A stretch of DNA of 64,000 bases from an uncultured delta proteobacterium (GTDB lineage Bacteria > Myxococcota_A > Polyangia > Fen-1088), in contig CAVYGB010000008.1 of the NCBI GenBank assembly GCA_963767925.1, positions 1,696,001 through 1,760,000 of the forward strand. The letters are read 5' to 3'. Position numbers and translations under genes: made by a program. The notes below the pieces were generated by a model. That model searched no databases. It saw only the letters and a list, made by a program, of their open reading frames with translations, and had not been told where the DNA came from. How positions within the stretch are numbered: the first letter of the stretch is position 1; each line of letters begins with the position of its first letter. Below, piece by piece: positions 12,484 to 21,324 of the stretch.

Positions 12484-13500
12484 TTGACCGGGACGTTCGA
12501 TACCGCGCTGGCCCTGGTGGGCGACATCGGAGGCACCAACAGCCGTCTGGCCCTGTTTCGCGGGGGAAAGAAGCTCTTCGAGCGGGTCTACGCCTCGCAG
12601 GAACAGAAGGACTTCGTCACCGTCGTCGAGAGGTTCCTCGAGGAGGCGCGCAAGGCCCTGGGCCCGGAGACCCGCCCGCAGCGGGCCTGCTTCGGGGTGG
12701 CCGGGCCGGTCGAGAACAACACCAGCAAGGTGACGAACCTGCCCTGGTTCATCGATGGACCCCGCCTCGCGCAGCGGCTGAAGATCCCCCGGGTCAACCT
12801 GTTGAACGACTTCCAGGCGGCGGCCCTGGGCGTGACCGTGCTCGGCGACCAGGACCTGATCGCCCTCGGGGGAGGGCCCCGCAATCCCAACGGCCCCTGT
12901 GTCGTGGCGGGCGCCGGGACCGGCCTTGGTGAAGCGTTCCTCGTCTGGTCGCCGGGGGAAAACCGCTACCAGGTGATCCCCTCCGAGGGTGGGCACGTGG
13001 ATTTTACCCCCCGCACCGCGCTCGAGAGCGGCCTCTTCCACTACCTCAGCGGCCGGTACGGCCGCGTCTCCTTCGAGCGGGTCCTGTCAGGCCCGGGGAT
13101 CGCCGACACTTTCGCCTTTCTTTCGGCCGAGCCCGGCTGCCGGCCCCTGGTCCAGCAAGAGACCCTGGCCGCCATCGTCACCGAGGATCCCGCCACCGTC
13201 GTGACCCGGCAGGCGCTGGCCGGCGCCGATCCGGTCTGCGTGATCGCGCTGAACATCTTCATCTCGGTGCTGGGGGGCCTGGCCGGCAACCTCGCCCTGA
13301 CCATGCTGGCGACGGGCGGTGTGTTCATTGCTGGTGGAATTGCCCCTCGGATCGCTCCGTTGCTGCAGAACGGACCTTTCCGCGAGTCCTTCGAGTCGAA
13401 GGGGCGGATGCAGAAGCTCGTGGCGAAGATCCCCGCTTTTCTCGTGATAAATCCCGACCTTGGCCTCCTGGGCGCCGCGGTCCAGGCCTCGCGCCTGTAG
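12484..13500 (+). CDS. glk: Glucokinase
   Basis: GDIGGTNSR, GVAGPV, NDFQA, GAGTGLG, SEGGH, ERVLSGPG, GGIAP and F..KGRM. Confidence 0.96.
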   Translation: MTGTFDTALALVGDIGGTNSRLALFRGGKKLFERVYASQEQKDFVTVVERFLEEARKALGPETRPQRACFGVAGPVENNTSKVTNLPWFIDGPRLAQRLKIPRVNLLNDFQAAALGVTVLGDQDLIALGGGPRNPNGPCVVAGAGTGLGEAFLVWSPGENRYQVIPSEGGHVDFTPRTALESGLFHYLSGRYGRVSFERVLSGPGIADTFAFLSAEPGCRPLVQQETLAAIVTEDPATVVTRQALAGADPVCVIALNIFISVLGGLAGNLALTMLATGGVFIAGGIAPRIAPLLQNGPFRESFESKGRMQKLVAKIPAFLVINPDLGLLGAAVQASRL

Positions 13501-13539
13501 ATCCCAGGCATTCGTTTACGCGTTTTTTCCCACGACGAA

Positions 13540-13559
13540 ACCGACCGTTTACGGTCGGT
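13540..13559. promoter_or_regulatory. 20-bp palindrome ACCGACCGT-TT-ACGGTCGGT (candidate operator) next to a TACACT -10 box at 13563-13568
   Basis: Perfect 9-bp inverted arms in the glk/13576 intergenic region; not followed by a U-tract. Confidence 0.55.
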
Positions 13560-13575
13560 CGTTACACTGGGCAGC

Positions 13576-14706
13576 ATGTCGACGCTCGGGAGGAGCTCCC
13601 GCTCGGCGCCGGCCGAGGTTCTCCGACTTCCGGCCCCATCGCCCGAGGAGATCCTGAGCACGCTGCCGATCAAGCCGCGCACCTACAACAGCCTGAGACG
13701 TTACGTCGCCGGACGCGCCGCCGAGCCGGGATGGAGCTTCGGACGCCTCCTCCAGATCCCGGGCTTCGGCGCCCGCGCGCTCGAGGACGTGCTCGGCGCG
13801 CTCGACACGCGCGGCGAGCGGCCACGCCTGACCGGGCGGACCGGCCACCGCTTCCTCGACGACGAGCTGGGCGAGCTCCTGTCGGCCCGACCGGCGCGGC
13901 GCCCCCAGCTCGCCACCCCCCTCTTGCGGCGGGCCCTGCTCCTCATCGGCAACCGGCTGCCGGGCTCGGAGGCGCAGGTGATGCGGTGGCTGCAGGCCTC
14001 GGGGCTGGCGCGGGGAGAGATCGACTTCGGTCGCCTCGAGCGGGCCGCTCGCTTCTGCGACACGCCGGTCACCTTCGCGGTCCTGCGGCGCGAGGGCCTG
14101 ACCCTGGCCGTGCAGCCCGAGCGGCTGCGCCTGGCCTCCCTCGTCTACGCCCTCTCGGTCCGCTCGGTGGTCAGCTTCGGCCTGGCCCTCGTGCGCCGGA
14201 TCGGCTTTCTCGCCCGGACCGACGACCTTGGCTTCGTGAGGACGGTGCTCACCGCCAAGGACAGCTTTCAGTGGCTGGATCGGCGGGTCGGCTGGTTCTG
14301 GTTCGGCAACCTGACCTCCCAGCTCGTCCGGACCATCGACAACATCCTGTCGGTCGCCGGAGAGGTTCCCCTGCGCGAGCTGGCCCACGGGCTGTTCCGG
14401 CGCTGGGCGCCGGACAACGCCCCCACCCGGCGGACCCTGCGCGCGCTGTGCGCCCGGATCGAGACCCTCGAGGTGCGGGGCAACCTGGTCCGCATCCGCA
14501 ACCGGGAGCGGACCATCCCGCTTCCCGAGCGAGAACGTATTCTGCTGCAGCTCTTCGAGAGCTGCGGCCCCCAGATCGAGGGCTACCGGCTGCCCGAGAT
14601 CTGCCAGCGGATGGGGCTGGACGCCGGGCCGGTCTGCCGGCAGCTCCGGGCCTCGCCCTTCGTTGTCGAGCGCCGGCCGGGGGTCTTCCGTCTCATCGGC
14701 TCCTGA
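13576..14706 (+). CDS. Hypothetical protein with RNA polymerase alpha-CTD-like HhH domain and putative winged-helix domains
   Basis: LPIKPRTYNSLRR...LLQIPGFGARALEDV resembles the alpha-CTD consensus LSVRSYNCLKR...LLKIPNFGKKSLEEI. C-terminal ...SPFVVERRPGVFRL looks like a wing. Confidence 0.7.
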   Translation: MSTLGRSSRSAPAEVLRLPAPSPEEILSTLPIKPRTYNSLRRYVAGRAAEPGWSFGRLLQIPGFGARALEDVLGALDTRGERPRLTGRTGHRFLDDELGELLSARPARRPQLATPLLRRALLLIGNRLPGSEAQVMRWLQASGLARGEIDFGRLERAARFCDTPVTFAVLRREGLTLAVQPERLRLASLVYALSVRSVVSFGLALVRRIGFLARTDDLGFVRTVLTAKDSFQWLDRRVGWFWFGNLTSQLVRTIDNILSVAGEVPLRELAHGLFRRWAPDNAPTRRTLRALCARIETLEVRGNLVRIRNRERTIPLPERERILLQLFESCGPQIEGYRLPEICQRMGLDAGPVCRQLRASPFVVERRPGVFRLIGS

Positions 14707-14754
14707 TCGATTGGCCGCGGGAGGCCCCGGGCTTCTGGCAAGATTGGGCTGCAA

Positions 14755-15579
14755 ATGTCTCTGCCCGGCGCGGCGCCCATCATCGACTCGCACTGTCACC
14801 TCGACTTCGAGGAGTACGGAACCGACCGGGCCGCCACCCTGGCCCGGGCCCGCTCCGCCGGGCTGGTGGGCATGGTGTGCATCGGTTCGGGGAAGGATCT
14901 GAGGTCGGCGCGGGCCGCGGTGGCGCTGGCGGCGGAGGAACCCGACGTGTTCGCCACGGTGGGCATCCACCCACACGATGTCACCCACATGTCGCCCGGG
15001 GACTGGGACGAGCTGGACCAGCTCGCTCGCGCGCACCGGGTGGTGGGCATCGGCGAGACCGGCCTGGACTACCACTACGACCACTCACCCCGGGACCAGC
15101 AGCGGGAGGCCTTCCGGCGCTTCCTGCGCCTGTGCCACGCCAGCGACCAGCCGGTGGTGTGCCACATCCGGGAGGCCCACGCCGACGCGCGGGACATCCT
15201 GCGGGAAGAGGGCATACCCGTGCGGGGAGGCGTCATCCACTGCTTCACCGGCGGACCCGAAGACGCGCGGGCCTACCTCGAGCTGGGGCTGTACCTGTCG
15301 TTTTCGGGCATCCTGACCTTCAAGAACGCGGGCGAGATCCGGGCGGCGGCCGAGCTGTGTCCGATCGATCGGGTGCTGCTGGAGACCGACGCCCCTTTCC
15401 TGGCCCCCCTCCCCCACCGCGGCAAGCGCAACGAACCCGCTTATATCGTTCATACCCTCGAGCAGCTCGCGTCGCTCAAACGGCTGGCGCCCGAGCAGGT
15501 CGCCACCGCCACCACCGCCAACGCCCGCGCCCTCTTCCGCCTCCCGGACGGGGGACCCTCGGTCGACCCCGGGCATTGA
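14755..15579 (+). CDS. tatD: TatD-family DNase/hydrolase
   Basis: DSHCHLD, GIHPH, GETGLDY, H.REA, HCFTG, LETDAPFL and GKRNEP. Confidence 0.96.
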   Translation: MSLPGAAPIIDSHCHLDFEEYGTDRAATLARARSAGLVGMVCIGSGKDLRSARAAVALAAEEPDVFATVGIHPHDVTHMSPGDWDELDQLARAHRVVGIGETGLDYHYDHSPRDQQREAFRRFLRLCHASDQPVVCHIREAHADARDILREEGIPVRGGVIHCFTGGPEDARAYLELGLYLSFSGILTFKNAGEIRAAAELCPIDRVLLETDAPFLAPLPHRGKRNEPAYIVHTLEQLASLKRLAPEQVATATTANARALFRLPDGGPSVDPGH

Positions 15580-15613
15580 CGGCGCCTGGGTCCGACCGCA
15601 AGCTCAACGGGAC

Positions 15614-16576
15614 ATGTCCGACCTGCCCCTGGTGCGCGTCCGGCTCAAGTATCCCGACGTCGACACCTTCGCCGAGCGATTCGCGCCCAACGTCACCCGC
15701 GGCGGGATCTTCCTTGCCTCGCGGGAGCCCCGCCCGGTGGGCACCGTGCTCCGCTTCGAGGTGAGCTTGATGTCGGGCATCCCGGTCCTGACCGGCAAGG
15801 GCCGGGTGACCTGGACCAAGGCCTACGATCCCGGCGAGCCGAGCCGCCCCTATGGCATGGGCGTACAGTTCACCGAGCTCGATCCGGCGAGCCGCCCCGT
15901 GCTCGACCGCCTGCTGCAGCGACGGGATCCCGCGCGCGCGGCCGCCGCCGCCCCCGCCCGATCACCGGCGCCGGCGCCGGCGCCGGCCGCCCGGGGCCCG
16001 GCGCCCACCGTCGAGCACGAGCGGACCGAGACCGCCAAGACCCAGCCCCTCCGCCGGCCCACGCCGACGCCGCCCGCCCTGGTGCCCCCGGCCCTGGTGC
16101 CTCCCTCTTCCGTCCCCGTCGCCCTCGTGTCGCCGCCGCCGTTGCCCCCCATGCTGGTCCCGCCGGCCCAGGTGTCGCCGCCGCCGCTCCCGCCCGGGCT
16201 GGTGCCGCCACCCTTGCCGGCGCCGGCGCACGTCCTGCTGCCTCCATCGGTCCCCTCGGTCTTCGTGTCGCCTTCCCCGCTGCCGCCGGCGCTGGCGGCC
16301 CCGGTCCTCGTCGCGCCTCCTTCGATCGCCCCGGCGATAGACCTGTCGTCTCCGGCGCCCGCCGCTAGCCTGGAGCCGGAGCTGGCGACCCTCGACCGGC
16401 TCGACGAGCTCACCTTCCGGCTGCTCATCGAGCGGGCCCGCACCCTCGCCCGCGAGGTGAAGGACGTCGAGGATCTGACCCGTCCCCCCGACGAAGCGCC
16501 GCCCACCCTGGCTCAGGCGCTCGCCGAGTTGCCCCGCTGCCTGGGCATGCGGCCCGACTCCGAGCCCGTGCACTAG
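15614..16576 (+). CDS. TIGR02266-type PilZ-domain protein with proline-rich tail
   Basis: NVTRGGIFL, GRVTW and GMGVQF..LD of the myxobacterial PilZ, followed by Pro-rich repeats. Confidence 0.85.
   Translation: MSDLPLVRVRLKYPDVDTFAERFAPNVTRGGIFLASREPRPVGTVLRFEVSLMSGIPVLTGKGRVTWTKAYDPGEPSRPYGMGVQFTELDPASRPVLDRLLQRRDPARAAAAAPARSPAPAPAPAARGPAPTVEHERTETAKTQPLRRPTPTPPALVPPALVPPSSVPVALVSPPPLPPMLVPPAQVSPPPLPPGLVPPPLPAPAHVLLPPSVPSVFVSPSPLPPALAAPVLVAPPSIAPAIDLSSPAPAASLEPELATLDRLDELTFRLLIERARTLAREVKDVEDLTRPPDEAPPTLAQALAELPRCLGMRPDSEPVH
16068..16330 (+). repeat. Degenerate proline-rich repeats (PPALV x2; VSPPPLPPxLVPP x2; VSPSPLPPAL)
   Basis: Recurrent gtgtcgccgccgccg...ctggt.ccgcc units inside the CDS. 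Confidence 0.7.
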
Positions 16577-18210
16577 ACCGACGGGGGCGGGCCGGGCCGG
16601 CTGCCCGGGCGAAAGCGCTCGAACAGGCGCACGGGCAGGGTCAGCAGCTCGTCGGCACCGGGATACCGGCAGAACCGCAGCGTCAGGGCGTAGCTCAGGA
16701 AACCCAGGCCGATGGCGGGCGCCAGCCAGGCGCCGGCCCGCCAGCCCTGCAGGCGCTGCCCGCCGCCCGCGAGGTGCACCCCGAGCCGCCAGCAGCCCCA
16801 GGCCACCGCGGCCAGGACGAGGTTCGAGACCAGCAGGGCGGCCAGCAGGCGCGGCCAGCGGGAGCGCCCCGGCTCGACCCCCGGATCCGGCGCCACCAGC
16901 CGGCGGAAGCCGACCCGCAAGAGGGCGTAGTTGACCAGCGCGCCCAGGGTGGTGCCGAGGGCCAGCCCCGGCGCGCCCAGGCTCCGGTAGGTGAGCCCCG
17001 TGAAGACGAGGTTGACGGCGATCGCCGACAGCGAGGCCAGCACGGGGATCGCCGGGCGATCGAGGGAGTAAAAGCTCGGCGCGTAGATCTTGACCAGGCT
17101 GACGGGGAGCACCCCCAGCACGAAGGCGCGCACGATCGGCACCGCATCTCTGGTATCGCCGGGGCTGAACATCCCCCGCTCGAACAGCACGGTGATGACC
17201 GGCTCGGCCAGCACGATCAGCCCCACCGAGCTGCCGGTGGCCAGCATCCAGGCCGCGCGGGCGCCTTCGCCCGTGCGTTCGCGCAGACCCTCGATGTTGC
17301 CCTGGGCCGCGTCCTCCGCGATCCGGCTGGTCGTCACCGCCGCCAGCGCCACCCCGAAGACCCCCACCGGGAGATAAAACAGGCGGTAAGAGTAAGAGAG
17401 CAGGCTCACCGCGCCCTCGCCCAGCAGGGTCGCGAAGTAGGTGCTGGTCAACACGTTCACCTGGACGGCGGCCAGCCCGATGGCCGCCGGCGCCATCAGC
17501 CGCACGATCCGGCGTACCGCGGGGTCCGTGCGGAGACCGCGAACGCCCCAGCGCCAGCGAAACCCCTCGCCGCGCAAGCTGGGGAGCTGACAGAGCGCCT
17601 GGACCGCGGCGGCGGTGGTGGTGGCCGCGCTCCACACGATCATGCCGCGCTCGCCGCGCGCGCCCAGGAGCCACAGCCCCAGGCCGGCGACGATGCTCGT
17701 CAGGTTGAACAGGGCCGGGGCATAGGCGGGGACGGTGTACTTCCGCTGCGCGTTCAGCATCCCCATGAAGACCGCGCTGATGCTGATGAGGACCAGGATG
17801 GGCATCATCAGGCGGGTGAGCAGGGTGGCCATCTTCATGCCCGCGGCGGGATCGGCCCGTTCCGACCAGAACAGCGCCACCAGCGGCTCGGCGAAGAGCA
17901 TGCCGAGAAGGGCCAGGCCCGAGGTCAGCAGGAGGGCTCCGGTGAGCACCAGGTTGGCGAGCTGGAAAGCGCGCGGCTTACCCTCCCGGGTCAGCGCCTC
18001 GGCGAAGCTCGGCACGAAGGCGCTCGAGAGGATCCCTTCCGCGAACAGATCGCGCAGCAGGTTGGGGATCCGGAAGGCGACGAAGTAGGCGTCGGTCAGC
18101 CAGCTCACCCCGAAGACCCCGCCGAAGAGGGCGTCGCGCGCCACTCCGAGCACACGCGAGGCGAGGACGGCGACGCCGACTTTTGCCGAAGACCGTAACG
18201 TTTCCGCCAC
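16573..18210 (-). CDS. murJ: Lipid II flippase MurJ (MviN)
   Basis: SRVLG.ARD, DAYFVAFRIPNLLRDLFAEG..S.AFVP, RLFYLP.GVFG and LFERG.F; many TM segments. Confidence 0.96.
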   Translation of the reverse strand: MAETLRSSAKVGVAVLASRVLGVARDALFGGVFGVSWLTDAYFVAFRIPNLLRDLFAEGILSSAFVPSFAEALTREGKPRAFQLANLVLTGALLLTSGLALLGMLFAEPLVALFWSERADPAAGMKMATLLTRLMMPILVLISISAVFMGMLNAQRKYTVPAYAPALFNLTSIVAGLGLWLLGARGERGMIVWSAATTTAAAVQALCQLPSLRGEGFRWRWGVRGLRTDPAVRRIVRLMAPAAIGLAAVQVNVLTSTYFATLLGEGAVSLLSYSYRLFYLPVGVFGVALAAVTTSRIAEDAAQGNIEGLRERTGEGARAAWMLATGSSVGLIVLAEPVITVLFERGMFSPGDTRDAVPIVRAFVLGVLPVSLVKIYAPSFYSLDRPAIPVLASLSAIAVNLVFTGLTYRSLGAPGLALGTTLGALVNYALLRVGFRRLVAPDPGVEPGRSRWPRLLAALLVSNLVLAAVAWGCWRLGVHLAGGGQRLQGWRAGAWLAPAIGLGFLSYALTLRFCRYPGADELLTLPVRLFERFRPGSRPGPPPSV

Positions 18211-18255
18211 CGAGGCGCGCCAAGCTACTGGCTTCCGCCAGCCCCGTCCAGGGTC

Positions 18256-21168
18256 TCAGCCCTTGTCGAGCGCGGCGGCCACGCTGTCCGAGATGCCGAG
18301 CAGCTCGCGCAGGCCGAGGTGCCCCTCCGACACGCTCCAGCGCATCAGATCGAGGACCTCCGGGCCGGCCGCCTCGCCCCGGGTGGCGTGCAACACGCGC
18401 ACGGCGGCGCCCAGATCGCCGCAAAACAGCAGGCCCGCGCGGTTGGCGGTGTGTTGCGCGGAGCCGCGCCAGGCGTCGAGGTCGAGGGTGCTGCAGTTGT
18501 CGAGCAGCCAGGGGGTCAGCGAGCTCAGCGGCTCCAGCGCCTGGGGCGGCAACATCCGCTCGAAGAAGCTCAGGAACGGGCGGTAGGCCTCCGGGTTGGG
18601 CACCGGGGCGTTAGGCTCGCACAGCTTGAAGGCGGCGTGGATGATGGCCGGCAGCTCGGCTGGTGACTGCACGACGTTCGGCGACAGCACCAGGTGATCG
18701 GGCCGCATGAGCGCCAGGGTGCGGCCCACCACGAAGGCGATGTCCCGCTCGACCCTCCCCTCGAGCAAGCTGGGCCCCACCGCCACGGTCGGCGAGTTGC
18801 CGCTCGGATCGCGCAGGTTGAGGATCTCGACCTCCCGGGGGAAGTCCTGGTTGTAGTAGACGGCCGGCCGGGGAACGCTGAGCACGCTGGCGCCGAGGTC
18901 GAACAGCCGGGCCACCCCCGAAGCGTCGGTCTTCGCCTCGAGCCGGTAGCGATCTTTGAGCCGGAAGCTGCGACCGTCCTGGGCCCGGGTCAGCGCGATC
19001 ACCGGCGCCACGCAGGAGAACAGCAGAGACAGCCGCCGCTCCTCGCCCGAGTGGTAGAGCACCTTCTGCCAGATCTCCTCGCTGAGGGCGGCGCGGGGCA
19101 CCGGTAGCTCCTGGGCGGCCACCCGCTCGTAGAAGGCCACGTTGTCCGGCGTGCCGGCCTGCATGACGGTGAGGGCCGCACAGGCGCAGTAGGCCCGGTC
19201 GACGAGGCCCGCTTCGCTGTAGATCCGCTGCAGCGCCCGGAGCTGCCGGATCATCACCTTGGGGTCGTCGTGCCGCTCGAACAGGTAACTGCGCCGATCC
19301 ACCGCCGCCCGCAGCCCCTCCGGTCCGGTCGCCTCGTAGAGCTCGGCCAGGGACTCCTGCTCGGCCAGCGAGCTGGGCTCGAGCTTGACGCAGACCTCGA
19401 GGGCCGCCGCTGCCGACGGCAGGTCGCCGAGCTCGCTGCGGAACAGATCGGCCAGCCCCCGCCACAGGGTCAAGAGGGAGGCCTTCTTCTGATCGTCGTC
19501 GGCTGGTCCCAGCCGCTTGATCATGCGGCGGTAGGCCCGCGATTTGTCCAGCCAGGCGTGTTTCGTGGTGAGGATCTTGTCGAGCCGCTCGAAGGTCTTC
19601 ATGTCGAGCGGGTTCTCGTCGAGCGCCCGCTCGTAGAGGGCGATGGCCTCGTCTGTGGCGAACACCTCGTAGTGCAGGATGTTGGCCGCCGCGACCAGGT
19701 AGGGGCCCTGGGCCCCGATCTCCTCGGACTCGCCCATCTTCAGCAGCAGGTCGGCGGCCGGACGCCACTGCCGGAGCTGGCTGTGCAGCTCGACCATATC
19801 GCTGAGGACCGAGCGGTCGAGCGGCTTGATGGCGAGGGCCTTCTTGAAGGCCTGCAAGGCTCCCTGGGCGTCCCCCAGCACGTCGCGCTCGGTGCGGGCC
19901 ACCTCCATCAACATCCGCCACTTTTCCTCGGGGGAGCTGATCTTCTCGACGATCGCCTTCTGGTGCTCGAGGGCCGCCTCGGGCTGCCCCAGCCGGGTGT
20001 GGATGTCGACGAGCAGCTCACGGGAGCGCCGGTTCCCGGGGTCGAGCTTCACCGCCCGGGTGAGCTCCTCCCGCGCCTCCTCGTCCTGATCGGTCTCGAG
20101 ATAGGCCCGCCCCACCCGGGCGTGCAGCTCGGCCCGCTCGACGCTGGTGAGCTTCAGCGCCACCCGGGCCTGCACCCACTGCCCCAGCTCGCGCACGTCC
20201 TGCCACCACTGGCGCGAGTAGGCGATGTCGATCCAGTCGCGCAAGAAGGCCTCGCCCTCCCGGGGGTCGAGGTCGAGCACCTTGCGGGCATGACCGCGGG
20301 CGCGGTCGTAGTCGCCGGTCCGGATCGCCGCCATGGCCGCCCGCTGGCAGATCCGCGAGCGTTCCGCGCTCGAGCGGTTCTCGGCCATCGCCATCTGCTC
20401 GAGCAGGGGCAGCGCCCGCACCCAGTTTTCCTCCTGCCAGGTGATCTCGACCAGCCCCTCGAGGGCCGGCACCGACCCAGGATCGAGCTCGAGGACGCGG
20501 GTATAGAGCCCGGTAGCCTCCGGCAGCTTCTTGAGCTTGCGGTGGTAGACCTCCGCCCCGGCCAGGAGCAGGTCGGCATTGTCCGAGGGCCGCAGCACGA
20601 GGCCACCTGAGCGGGCCAGGTGCTCGGCCAGCCGGGGCCAGTCCTCGCGCCGGCTCAGCAACTCGCTCAGCCGGCGAACCGCGGCCATCGAGGTCGGATC
20701 GACGTTCAGCGCCTGCTCGAGCCGCTCCTGCGCAGCGGCCGGCTCGTCCCGCTGCAGGTGCCACTCGGCCAGACGCAGCAGGAGGGCCACCTTCTGGGCC
20801 AGGTCGGTGACGCTGGACCCGGCGGCCTCGAAGTCCTCCACCATCCGCCGGGGGCGGCCGGTGGCGCTGGCCAGCCGCTCGAGGTCGCGGGCTACCTCTT
20901 CGTTCCGGTAGTCCTCGCTGAGCGCCGCCTGCAGCGTGATGTAGGCCTTTTCGAGGTCCCTTAGTCTGGTTTCGTAGATGCTCGAGGCACGCTTGAGGCA
21001 GCCGATGCGCTCGGGAACGTCGGAGGCGGAGGCGGCTCGCTCGATGAGCGCCGTGACGAGCTCGTCCCAGCGACCCTCGCTCCCGAGATCTCGACTTAGC
21101 TGATCGAGGTTGATGTCAGCCGCGGCCACAGCGGGGCTCGACGCGGTCAATTCCGCGTCCTGGTGCAT
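18256..21168 (-). CDS. Large TPR-repeat protein with conserved myxobacterial C-terminal domain
   Basis: Many TPR units (e.g. YTRVLELDPGSVPALEGL, AVKLDPGN); C-terminal AFVVGRTLA...TANRAGLLFCGDL. Confidence 0.85.
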   Translation of the reverse strand: MHQDAELTASSPAVAAADINLDQLSRDLGSEGRWDELVTALIERAASASDVPERIGCLKRASSIYETRLRDLEKAYITLQAALSEDYRNEEVARDLERLASATGRPRRMVEDFEAAGSSVTDLAQKVALLLRLAEWHLQRDEPAAAQERLEQALNVDPTSMAAVRRLSELLSRREDWPRLAEHLARSGGLVLRPSDNADLLLAGAEVYHRKLKKLPEATGLYTRVLELDPGSVPALEGLVEITWQEENWVRALPLLEQMAMAENRSSAERSRICQRAAMAAIRTGDYDRARGHARKVLDLDPREGEAFLRDWIDIAYSRQWWQDVRELGQWVQARVALKLTSVERAELHARVGRAYLETDQDEEAREELTRAVKLDPGNRRSRELLVDIHTRLGQPEAALEHQKAIVEKISSPEEKWRMLMEVARTERDVLGDAQGALQAFKKALAIKPLDRSVLSDMVELHSQLRQWRPAADLLLKMGESEEIGAQGPYLVAAANILHYEVFATDEAIALYERALDENPLDMKTFERLDKILTTKHAWLDKSRAYRRMIKRLGPADDDQKKASLLTLWRGLADLFRSELGDLPSAAAALEVCVKLEPSSLAEQESLAELYEATGPEGLRAAVDRRSYLFERHDDPKVMIRQLRALQRIYSEAGLVDRAYCACAALTVMQAGTPDNVAFYERVAAQELPVPRAALSEEIWQKVLYHSGEERRLSLLFSCVAPVIALTRAQDGRSFRLKDRYRLEAKTDASGVARLFDLGASVLSVPRPAVYYNQDFPREVEILNLRDPSGNSPTVAVGPSLLEGRVERDIAFVVGRTLALMRPDHLVLSPNVVQSPAELPAIIHAAFKLCEPNAPVPNPEAYRPFLSFFERMLPPQALEPLSSLTPWLLDNCSTLDLDAWRGSAQHTANRAGLLFCGDLGAAVRVLHATRGEAAGPEVLDLMRWSVSEGHLGLRELLGISDSVAAALDKG

Positions 21169-21324
21169 GTGTCACCTCAGACCTTCGAAAACATACAGGC
21201 CTAACACGAGCCGGCGGAAGCCGCACCCTACGATCCCCCAGGTCGGTTCGTCAATTGTGGCGACGATCCGGGTGGCGCCTGCCACGGTGCTCGCCCCCGT
21301 GAGTGTGCTAGAACATCACGCGTC

